NCBI GenBank assembly: GCA_950097015.1
Contig: CATNEN010000026.1
Coordinates: forward strand, 372,001-436,000
Reading direction: 5' to 3'
DNA: 64,000 nucleotides
DNA from: Macrostomum hystrix
Taxonomy: Eukaryota > Animalia > Platyhelminthes
Shown here: one piece after another, positions 1-12,774 of the stretch
Layout of the letters: every line of letters begins with the position of its first letter
Numbering within the stretch: the stretch's first letter is position 1
Notes under the pieces: generated by a model
Database searches by the model: none
The model's input: the letters and a program-made list of their open reading frames with translations, nothing else
What the model was told of the DNA's origin: nothing
Made by a program: the position numbers and the translations under genes

Positions 1-587
1 ATAGCTCCGCCATATAGACACAATTTGGTCAACAGAAATCCTCTGGCATTCGCTTTTTATTTTCTCAGTCCAATTTTTATCTAGTCTTTTTCTTTACCCA
101 TCCACCGTTTCATTAGGCTTTCAGTGCGCTCTCGCACTGCCCTGAGCGTGGCTGTGTACTTTTCATCAATCCGAGGAAGCTTAAAGAGGGATTTGAGAGG
201 CGCCGCTCATTCTTTGTTTTAAAACTGTGCGCATTACAGCTTACCATTCTAGGGAGAAGAAAAATATCTAGAAAAACAGCGAATCAACAGGAAAACACAC
301 ACGGAAGCGAGTCCGTGATTATATTCTGCTTTGCTCTGCTCTCTGACTTAGCTTAAAATAAGCCAACGGGGCCTCTGACGATGGGAGTACTGGGGAATAT
401 GTAAAACAGCCTGCACTGATTGCAGCTGCTGTGCTGCATTCCGTTACTTTCTTTCTAGTTACTCGTCATGTTCCAGCTCACTCTCTCGGCATCACTTTCT
501 TGTTCCTTAAACCATTTATGAGTTTTCCAATCATGTTCCTATGCCTTCTCATTCTCTTTTACCTCAATATTTATTTTCTCACCTTTC

Positions 588-960
588 TCCTCTCCTTGTC
601 TATCATCTCTCCTTTCCTTGTCTATCATCTCTGTCCTCTCCTTGTCTATCATCTCTCCTCTACTTGTCTATCATCTCTCCTCTCCTTGTCTATCATCTCT
701 CCTCTCCTTGTCTATCATCTCTCCTCTCCTTGTCTATCATCTCTCCTCTACTTGTCTATCATCTCTCCTCTCCTTGTCTATCATCTCTCCTCTACTTGTC
801 TATCATCTCTCCTCTACTTGTCTATCATCTCTCCTCTACTTGTCTATCATCTCTCCTCTACTTGTCTATCATCTCTCCTCTACTTGTCTATCATCTCTCC
901 TCTACTTGTCTATCATCTCTCCTCTACTTGTCTATCATCTCTCCTCTACTTGTCTATCTA
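588..960. repeat. 22-bp CT-rich minisatellite (ctcctctacttgtctatcatct)n
   Basis: Direct tandem copies; explains the periodic ORFs 431..961, 541..996 and 618..1100. Confidence 0.95.
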
Positions 961-2254
961 ATCTCCTCTCCCAGTCGAAAATATATTCTTTCCTAGTCTC
1001 ATCTCTCTCCTCACCTTATCTCCCATTTTTCCTCCCCATATCTTACATCTCTTCTTACATTCTCAGGTCTGTATTTAGCCCTTCATACCACCTTTGTTGA
1101 TCTTGTTTTCCTAATATTCTTATTGTTTTAGTTTCCATCATTGCATGACCACACTGTCTCCTTCTTAACCTGTTTAACTGTCTTAGAGTCATTACCCTGC
1201 TTCTTTTCCGAAACAAGTTGGGAAGATTCGAAATCAGAATTTTATTCGATGCCGCGTTTTATCAAAACCAATGTTAGCCTCTCAAATTTTGACCGCACAG
1301 ATAGTTTTGTGAACACAAGTCTGCAGGAAGGAGACAACATTCAGGCAGCCCGCGATAGTGATGGGAGAGTAAGAATTGTGATCGTAAGTAGACCAGGATG
1401 CTCAGAGTAAGCCCTGTTGAAGCATTAGCCAGGCACTAGTGTACTCGCTAAACTGCATTTTACGACCAAATGCTTAATGGGATTAGATAGCTACATTGGA
1501 GGGGAGTGCATGAAGGTATCCTCTATACTCAGACCTGGGCTCAGACTTCTTATATATTTTAAAATAGGCGTTCGCTTCTGCGACAAGAAGACAAAGAGGC
1601 GGCGGCAACGGCGGTGGCTGCTGCTGCTGCTGGGATGGCCTTACTTAGTACGGGGCTGGGGAGGCCATCTGAATTATGCAAGGGCCTCTGCAGCAAAAAC
1701 GCTAGAGCCGACCCGCCGGCCCCTGGTGGGCTGAGAACTCGCGTTCGAGCTTTTGTAGCGCGGGGCACTTGGCGGCGGGCAGATAAATGGAATGAGAACA
1801 GACAGACGGACAGACGGCAGTCCAGGAGGGCCGGATAGAGGAGAAAAAGAGGCAATGTGAGACACTGTGGTAAAGGATAGGATCTTTGGGATCCTCGCAG
1901 AGTCCGCTCAGTTGCAGCCACTCTCTTATTTACGTCGTAAGATGGCGGCAACTTTGAGGTTTTTCAAACCCATCCCTCAAGCAGTGCCTTTTTTTCTCAT
2001 CGCGGAGACAGAGAGTAACTTCAAGACTTGAAACTTGTCTTTCAGTTTGTAGCGGCATTTTGCAGTCTAATGTGTGTTGCATTATTAATTAATGTCACTT
2101 GAAATGTCAATCAATCGAGGCTAAATGACAATGACAAGTTCTAAATCAATAACAACAAATTTTAAATCTTCCGAGAAAGCTTCCGAGTTAACTTTCAGTA
2201 CTATAGGACTACAAACAACTGCTAAAAAGGTGTTTGTTGCCTGTCCTTCCATAG

Positions 2255-5200
2255 GCGGATGTCTTGCCGACTTCTTGAAGCTGCGAACCCAGCTCCGATT
2301 GACGACAATTCGCAAGCTTCTAGCCGGACTGGGCTTCGGCCTGAAGGCAATTTTCTTTGTGGCCCTTGGCTTCGCTAATGATGCCGTCTGGGCCACAGTT
2401 CTGTTGTCTATGGCTCTGGGTGAGTTACTTTCTTGTGTACTTTTATAAATAACTTTCTGCTACGTACATTAGCTTGTCCTCGGAAATGAATTTTCATGGT
2501 CTTATTCAATGACTCGGCACAATGGTTCATTAGATTCATTCAAAGGTACTCGAACTTAGTTAACCTATCCATCTAGTCTACTGCATACTGCACTAACGTA
2601 CTCGTAATACTCGTTGAACTTCAATTAAATTCCTAGATTGGTATTGAAAATCTCAACTTGGCCAGCCAGCATCGCTTCGAAGCGATTCCACGCAATTTGG
2701 CAAGGGGAGGGTAACCAACCTTCGAGCACTGCTGCCTCTCCCGCAGACGGTCAGAACGTCACGCCTCACTGATCCATGCAGCTGACCCCTTTCCGCTGCT
2801 CCCTATAAAGCTCAAGACTGCTCAGATCCCAGCTCGCATGCAGCAGCTTCCTTGCGTGGAGTACGTGACCCGGGCACCATTGCTGCACTGTAGATTATTT
2901 ATTTCAGTTTTCACTCCATCTCTGTCTGGCATACAAAGTTGCATAGCGGGACTCCCATTCTCTCGCTCCTATATTATTTTTCCCCGTTCTAAGCAGAAAT
3001 CAATCTGCACTTGATTTATACGGGATACACGATTGCCTGATTGCGGGGCTGTAAGGTTGTACACGCAATACAGTCAACTTGTTATGCCGTACAAGCTGAA
3101 CAGCCGCTTCTCATCTTTGTTCTGAAATCCACAAGTCTCAATTGTTTTCTAAAGTACCTCAGTCACTTTGTCTCGATCTAATTGGCTCAGAAATACGTCA
3201 GTCTCGTTTGTGTTCTTGTCCTAAAGTTCCTCAGCCATTTAGCGCTCTGATTGGCTCAGAAATACGTCAGTCTCGTTTGTGTTCTTGTCCTAAAGTTCCT
3301 CAGCCATTTAGCGCTCTGATTGGCTCAGAAATACGTCAGTCTCGTTCTCGTTCTCGTTCTTGTCCTAAAGTTCCTCAGTCTCGATAGCGTCCTTGCTCTT
3401 AAGTACGACAGTACTTAGTTCGTTCTCAAGTAAGTCCTGACGGCTTCATATGACAACATAAAAATGCCTTTAAATTCAGCAAATAGACTTCAAAGTTGCC
3501 AAAGGCAGAAAGGTCATTCGAAGATGGTGCTTCGTAACCTGGATCTGATCGGAAATAATCTACTGGCAATCCACATTGAATACTAATCTAAACCGCTTAA
3601 CCCCAGACTAAATTTACAATCCCTGGAGTTGCAATCCCTGGAGTTGCAATCCCTGGAGCTGCAATCCCTGGAACTCTGAAATCTTGCAGGCTTCTCAGGC
3701 TTGGCTGTCGCAGGCTACGCTGTCAACGTGATCGATTTGGCGCCAAACTTCTCCGGCCTAGTCATGGGATTCGCAAACAGTATTAGCGCATTTACAGGTA
3801 GAAATTCTATTGTTTGTATAACATTTTGCTCCTGCGTTTACTTTCGATGAAACCCGCACCCACCCCATGCCACGTGCAGCCACCTCACGCCACGTTCAGC
3901 CACCTCACGCCACGTGCACCCACCTCACCCCACGTGCACCCACCTCAAGCCACCTGCACCCACCTCACGCCACCTGCACACACCTCACGCCACCTGCACC
4001 CACCTCACGCCACATGCACACACCTCACGCCACCTGCACCCACCTCACGCCACCTGGACCCACCTCACGCCACCTGCACCCACCTCACGCCACCTGCACA
4101 CACCATACGCCACTGTCTGCCCGCTGATCGATCGGCTGATGATCAAGGCAAGCGAATTTCTCTCCGGGCTGAGGTCACATACCGGCACAAAAGTGCATAA
4201 AAAACACTGGCCGGCACCTCGTGTCCCATTGCCCTCCCGTCATCTTCTGCTCCAGCGTGTTAATTCGACATTCGATCTGCCCTCATGTCTTCTATCCCAT
4301 GCCGTCTCATTATTCGAGTCGCTAGGCCTCATCAGGCATTCAGAGGCCGGGACACCATGGCTTCTGCAGTTGACAGAAGCTCGCGCCGGACCACTTTCAT
4401 TGGCATTTAGGAAGAAGTGGCGGACACTGCGATGGAGCGAGGAGACGGTGTGGGGCGATCTTCGCATAAAAAAGTATGGGAAGCGGAGACTTGAAGCCGG
4501 ACTTTGATGCGCGGCCTTGAGACGGGATAAATTTCGCCGATCCACCGAATTGGCCAAATTGCATTCACTGGGGGATCTGGGTTAAGGAAGCCTCCCGCTC
4601 TCACTCTTCCCATTGTCCCATTGGGATTTTAGATTTACAGACCAAGGCATAGAGCTGGTTGATTGCAATACCATTTTCATTATTGAGGATTTCAGTAACA
4701 GAACTCCAATCCCAAAACCTCGATTCGAATTCTGAAGTTCGGCATCCAAAACAATGCTTCAGTTATCGGGCATGTAGAAATAATTAATGCGAGTCGTCCC
4801 GGCTGCTTATTGGCTGGTTGTGTACAGCGCATTGGTCTGATGTTGATGATATATCGTGATGTGTAGAGAGAATTTGACTAAACTAATATCACTCGACACT
4901 CAAGCGCCGATAATCTTCCTTAGATACTTAAATCCTTCTAACTCCACACTCCTGTCAGCAAACTCCAATCCTCACATTCCAATCCTACACTCCCACACTC
5001 CCACACTCCCACATTACAATCCCCACATTCCAATCCCCACATTCCGATCCCCGCATTTCAATCCCCACATTACAATCCCACACTCCAATCCCCACACTCG
5101 AATCCCCATATTACAATTTCCACATTCCTATCCCCACATTCCAATCCCCACACTCCGCTCGCCGCACCGCCCTCACGCAGGCATGATGTCCACTGTGATC

Positions 5201-5425
5201 GCGTCGCTGATTGTTCAGAGCAGCGGCAATAGCGAGCGAGTTAAGCTGGAATGGCAGGTGGCCCTCAGCAGCGCCGCAGCCACCCAGGTCATCGCCGGTG
5301 TTGTCTATTTAGTCTTCGCCTCGGCCGAAGAGCAGCCGTGGACGTTCGAGACTGAGGCGACGTCTGCGGACATCCAGTCTGCCACCAGCTTGGACTGCCT
5401 GCACATTGGGGCTGAAAGGTGCTAG
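2255..5425 (+). CDS. SLC17-family (sialin/VGLUT-like) MFS anion transporter, last three coding exons; 5' exons lie upstream of the window
   Basis: Exons 2255-2419, 3690-3797 and 5181-5425 with GT-AG, phase-1 junctions give GGCLADFLK..TTIRKLLAGLGF..ALG-GFSGLAVAGYAVNVIDLAPNFSGLVMGFANSISAFT-GMM..W..VYLVFASAEEQPW. This matches the SLC17 C-terminal motifs (N-x-x-D-I/L-A-P, F-A-S-x-E-x-Q-P-W). Confidence 0.85.
3172..3385. repeat. 69-bp tandem repeat, about 3 copies, each with ATTGG (CCAAT) and TACGTCA
   Basis: attggctcag at 3181, 3250 and 3319; lies in an SLC17 intron. Confidence 0.9.
3867..4110. repeat. 20-bp C-rich minisatellite (cacctcacgccacctgcacc)n
   Basis: Tandem copies; source of the His/Pro/Thr ORFs. 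Confidence 0.9.
4960..5160. repeat. Degenerate C-rich repeat (aatccccacactcc-like) just before the last SLC17 exon
   Basis: Imperfect tandem copies. Confidence 0.75.
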
Positions 5426-5669
5426 ATTAGTCCGCTATCATATGCACAAATCACATCACATCACTTTGTACTTTTGCTGCATAAGCAATTCTTTCGTAGA
5501 TCCGAACCCCCAAACACCATTCAGAAGAATAGTAATCCCTCAGAACGGCAATTTATGTAATTCCCATTCGCAGTCATGTCATTTCGAATGGCAATCATGT
5601 AATGTACACTTGTATGTAAGAAAAGGGCAGTTCATTCAAAATGGCGATTCATGTCGCTCAGAATGGCAC

Positions 5670-6050
5670 TTAATGTAATTCAGAATGGCAGTTAATGTAA
5701 TTCAGAATGGCAGTTTATGTAATTCAGAATGGCAGTTAATGTAATTCAGAATGGCAGTTTATGTAATTCAGAATGGCAGTTTATGTAATTCAGAATGGCA
5801 GTTAATGTAATTCAGAATGGCAGTTTATGTAATTCAGAATGGCAGTTAATGTAATTCAGAATGGCAGTTTATGTAATTCAGAATGGCAGTTTATGTAATT
5901 CAGAATGGCAGTTTATGTAATTCAGAATGGCAGTTTATGTAATTCAGAATGGCAGTTTATGTAATTCAGAATGGCAGTTTATGTAATTCAGAATGGCAGT
6001 TTATTTAATTCAGAATGGCAGTTTGTAATTCAGAATGGCAGTTAATGTTA
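5670..6050. repeat. 22-bp minisatellite (atgtaattcagaatggcagttt)n
   Basis: Near-perfect tandem copies. Confidence 0.95.
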
Positions 6051-7108
6051 TTAAGCTCGTACGATAGGATTTTTAAGAACAGCAAGTCGAAAAAAAATTG
6101 CTTTTTGTACATACTACTAACGAATATATAAGAAGTTAATTAAATACTTAACTAATTAAATGAATAAATACAATTATTTCTATGCTTTCTGATCTTTCAA
6201 AAATTTAATATATATTCAAAATTTATATCTAAGGTAGAATCTGCGTGCACATTGTCAATCAGCTTTGTTGCTCTAAGCTTCAAGTACACTAAGTTATGTA
6301 CACTATATTTAAATATATTAAATAACGGTTAATTACATGCTTTGATAAGCATCTGGACTGTACAATCAATAATCCATTATGATTGCTTTGATCGCCTTGA
6401 ATGTTTCAAAAACGTAGCAAATTCAAGATGCCTTTTGGACATTTGCATATTATTCATTAATTCCTTTTGGCTTAGTTTAAACGAATTTGGGGTTCGACTG
6501 TCCAGCAAAATAAACGTATAGATACGATTTTATCATCATGTGTTTCTACTAGAAGTAATAGTTATAGAACACAGAAGTCAATATTTAAATGATGAAATTC
6601 CAACAGCGCAAAATGGTGGAGCTCAGACTATTGCTCAGTTGAGCAATGAAGGGTAGTAACTAATAACAAAACAAATTACAAATTTAAAAAAAACTTTGTC
6701 ATAGACAGTAAGACTTCATCGCGTAGAGCGTGGAATAGTTTAGTCCAATTAATGTGCATTTAAATATCCATAATATTTCTGTGAACGGAGAGAAAATTAA
6801 TCCTAATTAATATGATTATGATTATAGCAAATATTTAAAATGTTAAGTGTAAACAGTAATTCGATTTCTATTCAATTTCAGTTACTAAATTGAAAAGATT
6901 GCCGCATAATAGAATCTCTAAATTGAATTTTCTTTTACTTTATTACATTTTCTTTGGCATTGAAGCGTCTAATATATCTAGCAGTAGTGTAGTAAGCACG
7001 TTACTTACAAAGCAGACGCTGACATTTTGGAGCTTAGTCATTGGTTAAGAACGTTCTTCAAAATATCGATTAGCTAGAAATTCTGTCTTCTAGTCCACAT
7101 TAGAACAA

Positions 7109-7116
7109 TATATAAA
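7109..7116 (+). promoter_or_regulatory. TATA box of H2B
   Basis: TATATAAA about 80 nt upstream of the H2B ATG; an ATTGG lies further upstream near 7041. Confidence 0.55.
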
Positions 7117-7193
7117 CAAGTGTTGAATCCAAATTTATGTCACATCTCTCCATTAACATTGTCTGACTCTGTTAAAACTTAGCTGTAAGCATA

Positions 7194-7559
7194 ATGCCTC
7201 CGAAAGTCAGTGGAAAAGCTGCGAAGAAGGCCAGCAAAGCCAAGGCCCCGAAGTCTGACAAGAAGAGGAAGCGCAGGAGGAAGGAGTCCTACGCTATCTA
7301 CATCTACAAAGTGCTGCGTCAGGTGCACCCGGACACTGGTATCTCCAGCAAGGCCATGATGATCATGAACAGCTTCGTGAACGACGTGTTCGAGCGTATC
7401 GCCGGTGAAGCCAGCCGTCTGGCTCACTACAACAAACGCAGCACCATCAGTAGCCGGGAGATCCAGACTGCCGTGCGCCTGCTGCTGCCTGGTGAGCTGG
7501 CCAAGCACGCCGTCAGTGAGGGCACCAAGGCCGTCACCAAGTACACTAGCGCGAAGTAA
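7194..7559 (+). CDS. H2B: Histone H2B, intronless
   Basis: [60 protein letters not shown]. Confidence 0.99.
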   Translation: MPPKVSGKAAKKASKAKAPKSDKKRKRRRKESYAIYIYKVLRQVHPDTGISSKAMMIMNSFVNDVFERIAGEASRLAHYNKRSTISSREIQTAVRLLLPGELAKHAVSEGTKAVTKYTSAK

Positions 7560-7609
7560 TCGTATAATAGACGCGCGGTAACCAAGCGAAATCATCTGAA
7601 CGTTAAAAC

Positions 7610-7625
7610 GGCCCTTTTCAGGGCC
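7610..7625 (+). terminator. Replication-dependent histone 3' stem-loop
   Basis: aaaac-GGCCCTTTTCAGGGCC-acca matches the metazoan histone stem-loop, 50 nt after the stop. Confidence 0.97.
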
Positions 7626-8733
7626 ACCACATGTAATGATAATTACCAAGTCATAATTCGTTAGTACTGCTTAGTGGATCCACTAATTCATACATTTATA
7701 ACATTTTTATCATACTCACCAGGCGTAGTTCTACAATGGCATAAGTCACGACTAGGGTATGGGCCTAAAAATTATTTTAATAAAAAACATGAAACATAAT
7801 ATAAGCGTCATGTCATTATCGCTAGGCCCTACGACTAAAAGGTCTACTTATTTTTAAGAACTCACAGATTCTATATTACCCTAAATACTATCATCAAACA
7901 ATAAAAATCTAACAGATACTTTAACGTCAGTGCAGCAAAAAAATTGAGAGCGCAGAATGCTCAACATTGTTCAAATTGCGGAAATGTGGAAATTGACAAT
8001 GGTTAAAAAATAAATAAATAGCTTTCCTTAGCATAGGCCTACAGCTTTGTTGGCAAAGTTACAAAATTAAGAGCTACATACATATGCTCTTCGATAATAT
8101 AATATACCTGATGGCCAACTGTCAAGCCCGGCCTAGTTTCATGAACGCATGTGTACAAGAGATGTGTCATACGATCACATTTGTTTCTTTAATATACTGA
8201 AGGAATAGACACCGCAAATTAGGCCTAATACAGAAAAAAGCGTCACGATAATGAAATTTTGATAGCTCGACGCTTTTTATATTTCAAACAGTCCACTTGA
8301 CAACCTGTCTTCACTATGTAGGCCTAGTAAAATCACAATTCTGATATTTGCCAAGATTAGGCCTAGATGCGTTTTTGTACTTAATGTAAAGCGTAAAGGT
8401 AAAAGAAGTTTTTCAAGCCTTGATTATTTATATGATTTTTTAATCAGGGTTTGTAAAGCTTATTTTTTTACAAGGCCTACATGCGATTTGCCGGTTCTGT
8501 GAAGCACAATAACAAATACAACTGATCTGCTTCATCTGAATTAGTAAAATCATTAAAAAAAGAAGTGAAAATGTTGTAAAGAATGTTAAAACTTAGCGGC
8601 GCTTTAATCTTGATTTTACTGATTGAAGGAGTTTCTTATAAAAAAGTAGCTTCTGAACAATTACTCGCTTTTTAAAACAGCAATTACATTAGTATTTAGG
8701 TAAAGCTGTCTGGAAAACGTATTTCACATAAAA

Positions 8734-11700
8734 ATGGGCCAGATTCACACCGTTGGACCAAATGAGGCTCTTGTAATTTCAGGTATGTAGGCCTTTGCTA
8801 TAGCTAAGTGACCTTTATTATTGAAACAGATTGTAGTAATGTAGGCCAATGTAGGTAGAGTGGTAAATGGACAATGGTAAGTAATTGATATAAGATAATA
8901 AGATACTGGAAGTAGTGAAAGAATATAATATGTCAGGAAGGCCCAGTGAAAGATAGGACGAACCGAAAAATATAGATTAAAGATGCTGGGCAGATATAAA
9001 AAGAAGGTATATATAGAATTATAGATAAAAGCTCTGTGTTTCATCATTTTGTTTTAATTAAAAAATACATGATTCTGATATAGAAATAATTGAATAAATA
9101 GAAGTTTGGTAGGATAGGGTGCTAAAAGAGTTTATAATTTTTTAAACATAAAAGCGGTGTTGCAATTGCTTGAAGCTGTATCCTATGTGTAATGTGTTGA
9201 TAAGCTAGTTGATTTATTAGCTAAAATGTACATTCGAGAGTTTAAAACCATAAACCCATTAAAGAGCCATAAAAACCATTGCCCAAATCATGTTGGGTGC
9301 AGTTAGACAGTTTTTCTTTGACACACCAGTGCATGCCAGTGTGGCATGTAGAAACATGTAGGGCAATTCAAAACTGATGATTGTAGCCTATTTTGAAAAA
9401 AGTAAGCCTATTTTTAAATTAATAAAACATAGTTATTTGCATATGGCATTTAACTAAAGACAATAGAGCATAATTATACAACTTATTGATTTTCAGTATT
9501 TGTCTAATTGATAACAAAAGAAAAGATCACACAGTTGACAACATTTTGTTTTAGTCGTGCAAAGTCTATAATTATTGATATAGTTGAGTTTTTAGTATAT
9601 TAAGTATAAGTAATTTTTTACAGGTTTCACATTGTTATTGTACAATTCATGACTATCAAATGTTGATCATATATATCAACAAGCAGCACATTTGATCTCT
9701 TTAAATGCACTAATGCATTCCATGTACACCAAAGTGCATACCAACCCCTTGAAATATAGACCAATGCACACCATACAAGCTAGCCCAAAGTAAATACACA
9801 CTAGAATAATTGGGTATGTGCTACAAGATCCAGACTATGGCCATAAAACAACTAGTTATTTATTTATACATTTACTAATGTGTAAAAATATTGATCAGAA
9901 TGGAGATCAATGAATAATTTTCTCATTTTGATTACATAATTTAGGTGGCTGCAGTGGTAGGAATCGAGTTCGTCGAATCATTGGAGGCTGGGGCTGGGCC
10001 TGCTGTTGTGTCACCCAGGTGCAACGGTAAATGCTCACAGAGTGTTTGGCCACTTTGCTGTAATTAGCAAAACATATATTAGTGCTACCGTTCCCATTCC
10101 ACAACCACCAGGCTCACTCTAGAGGTATTCACCCTAAAACCAAAGTGTGAGGATGTGGAGACATCAGAAGGTGTGGCTGTCACTGTCACTGGTGAGAACT
10201 TTCAATGCATATGGCTCTTCTTAAACAATTCCTCACTCAACCTTTAAACCAGGGGTCGGCAAACTCCGGCCCGCGGGCCAGATGCGGCCCTCGAAGCTCC
10301 CAAATCCGGCCCGTTGCCCCTTCTGACATCTACAGTGTCCTGTTTCATCTCTCTCGTGTCTAATCTCTCCCGTGTCTAATCTCTTCCCTATCTTATCTCT
10401 CCCGTGTCTCATCTCTCCCGTCTCATCTCTCCCGTGTCTCATCTCTCCTGTCTCATCTCTCCCGTGTCTCATCGCTCTCGTATCTAATCTCTCCCGTGTC
10501 TAATCTCTCCCGTGTCTAATCTCTTCCCTATCTTATCTCTCCCGTGTCTAATCACTTCCCTATCTTATCTCTCCCGTGTCTCATCTCTCCCGTGTCTCAT
10601 CTCTCCCGTGTCTCATCTCTCCCGTGTCTAATCTCTCCCGTGTCTAATCTCTCCCGTGTCTAATCTCTCCCGTGTCTCATCTCTCCCGTGTCTCATCTCT
10701 CCCGTGTCTCATCTCTCCCGTGTCTCATCTCTCCCCTATCTCATATTTATACAGTCAATGCGGCCCGCTGTCGTCTTTTAGGCTCTCTCTTTGGCCCGCC
10801 AGCAAATAAGTTTGCCTACCCCTGCTTTAAACCATTGTTTACATCTGCCAATCCCATCCCTGACCTACCCATTACAAGTTAACAAGCATCTATCCACTGA
10901 CCCATCCACTACTGACCCATGAAGTGCAACCACTTATCCCACTTCTGACCCAGGTGTCGCCCAGGTGAAGGTAATGCGCGATCCTGAGATTCTGTCAACA
11001 GCCTGCGAACAATTCCTTGGCAAGTCGCGTCGAGCCATGGAGGACACCATCCTGCAGACCATGGAGGGTCACCTGCGCGCTATTCTGGGCACCCTCACAG
11101 TGGAGGCCATCTATAAAGATCGCGATCAGTTTGCCGAACTTGTACGCGAGGTGGCCTCCCCGGATGTCGGCAAGATGGGCATCGAGATCCTGTCTTTCAC
11201 TATCAAGGACATCTACGATCGGGTCGACTATCTGAACAGCCTTGGCCGCACCCAGACTGCTGTGGTTAAACGGGACGCCGCCATCGGCACTGCAGAAGCC
11301 GAGAGAGACGCCGGCATTGTAGAGTCGCAGTGCCAGCGTACCCGCATGGAGGTTCGCTACGAGATGGACTCGCGAATCGCCGACAGCTCCAGACTATTCC
11401 AAATGCAGAAGGCAGGCTTCGATGTGGAAGTGAACAGGGCCAAGGCCCAGTCTGAGCTGGCCTACAATCTGCAGGCGGCAAAGGAGAGACAGAAAATTCG
11501 CACGGAGGAGATTGAAATCGATGTGAGCAGAGCTAGTTTATGGCCTTTTAAATTCTGCTTCTAGTCAGTACCTTAATCAGCATTTAATCCCAATTCGGCC
11601 AGGTGCGCGAGAAGCGCAAGCTGATTGAAATCGAAGAGAAGGAGATTATTCGCAATGAGAAGGAGCTGGACGCCATTGTGCGTAGGCCGGCCGAGGCGCA

Positions 11701-12774
11701 GGCCTTCCAGGTGGAGACTATCGCCGCCGGCGATCGATACAGGCGAGTCAAGGTGGCCCAGGCCGAGGCGGAGGCCATTCGTGTACGCGGCGCCGCCGAA
11801 GCCGCCTCAATTGAAGCTGTCGGCAAGGCCCAGGTAAGGCCAAATACTCAAATTACTGGTGTACAAAGACCCTAATATATTCCAAATAAAGGCCTAAATC
11901 TATTGGAGATAATAGGGGGTTAGTGGCAAAGCTGTTATCGCGCTCGCCTCTCGAACCAAAGGTCCTGAGCTCGATTTCGCGAGGACACATTCATTTACGC
12001 CCCAAGGGGGCCAACCTCCAAGGCACTGTGAAAGTGTATGGACCTAAATCTATAGTAGATAGGGACCTAAATCTATGGTAGATAAGGACCTTAATCTATG
12101 GTAGATAGGGACCTAAATCTATGGTAGATAGGGACCTTAATTTATAGTAGATAAGGACCTTAATCTATGGTAGATACGGACCTAAATCTATGGAAGATAA
12201 GGACCTTAATCTATTTTAGATATGGACCTTAATCTATGGAAGATAGGGACCTAACAGTCTTATGGATGATGGCATAATTGTATGGACAAAGGGCGAATTT
12301 TATGAAGACCCAGGTAACTGACGGATAAAGACATGCCATGTCTCATGTTGGATAAAGACCAACATTTTTGTGGATGATGACTTAGATCTATATAGGATGG
12401 AGACAAAGACCTCTTAAGAAATGACCAGAATATAAAATCGAATGAGACCATATGTAGCATAGAGATGCACAGGCTAGAAGCCCCATCATCTCCCCATTCG
12501 CCAGGCGGAAGAGATGCGCCTAAAAGCGTCGGCCTTCCGCGCCTACGGCGACGCAGCCGTGCTGGAGCTGACGCTGGACGCCCTGCCGAAGGTGGCCGCC
12601 GAAGTAGCCGCTCCGCTAGCCCGCATTGAAGAAATCGTTGTACTAGGCGACGATCGCACTACCAGCGAGGTGTCGCGCCTTCTGAGCTCCCTGCCGCCAG
12701 CGGTGCAGGCCCTGACAGGCGTAGATCTATCCAAGGTCATTGGCAAGCTGCCAGGAGCTACCCTAGCCACATGA
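8734..12774 (+). CDS. FLOT2: Flotillin-2 (reggie-1), 6 exons, 426 aa
   Basis: Exons 8734-8782, 9945-10026, 10112-10191, 10954-11522, 11603-11833 and 12505-12774 are all GT-AG, sum 1281 nt in frame. MGQIHTVGPNEALVISGGC..GGWGWA..CEDVETSEGVAVTVTGVAQVK..LQTMEGHLRAILGTLTVEAIYKDRDQFA. Confidence 0.95.
10250..10824. mobile_element. Non-autonomous hAT (Charlie-like) element with an internal 16-bp minisatellite, in FLOT2 intron 3
   Basis: TIRs CAGGGGTCGGCAAACT / AGTTTGCCTACCCCTG (1 mismatch); 8-bp TSD CTTTAAAC at 10242-10249 and 10825-10832. Confidence 0.9.
11915..12038 (+). mobile_element. Degenerate 5' part of the tRNA-derived SINE family
   Basis: gggggttagtggcaaagctgttatcgcg..cctctcgaacc..ggggccaacctccaaggcactgtgaaagtgta aligns with the SINE at 27671-28036. 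Confidence 0.7.
12040..12252. repeat. 23-bp minisatellite (ggacctaaatctatggtagatag)n in FLOT2 intron 5
   Basis: Tandem copies. Confidence 0.9.

Noticed and set aside
431-1100. Long ORFs over minisatellites (also 3814-4200, 23019-23336, 30692-31057, 31165-32617, 35470-35806, 54267-54954, 55896-56375, 60749-61267)
   Set aside because: They are periodic translations of tandem repeats, open in several frames, and mostly lie inside introns defined by neighbouring exons.
1565-1840. GC-rich block as an upstream SLC17 exon
   Set aside because: No frame resembles SLC17 or joins in phase with the exon at 2255.
4130-4610. GC-rich block in an SLC17 intron as a nested gene or TE ORF
   Set aside because: No frame gave a recognisable protein or consistent splice sites.
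7179-7649. 156-aa antisense ORF, and similar shadow ORFs over GC-rich exons
   Set aside because: Antisense shadows of H2B and other real CDSs.
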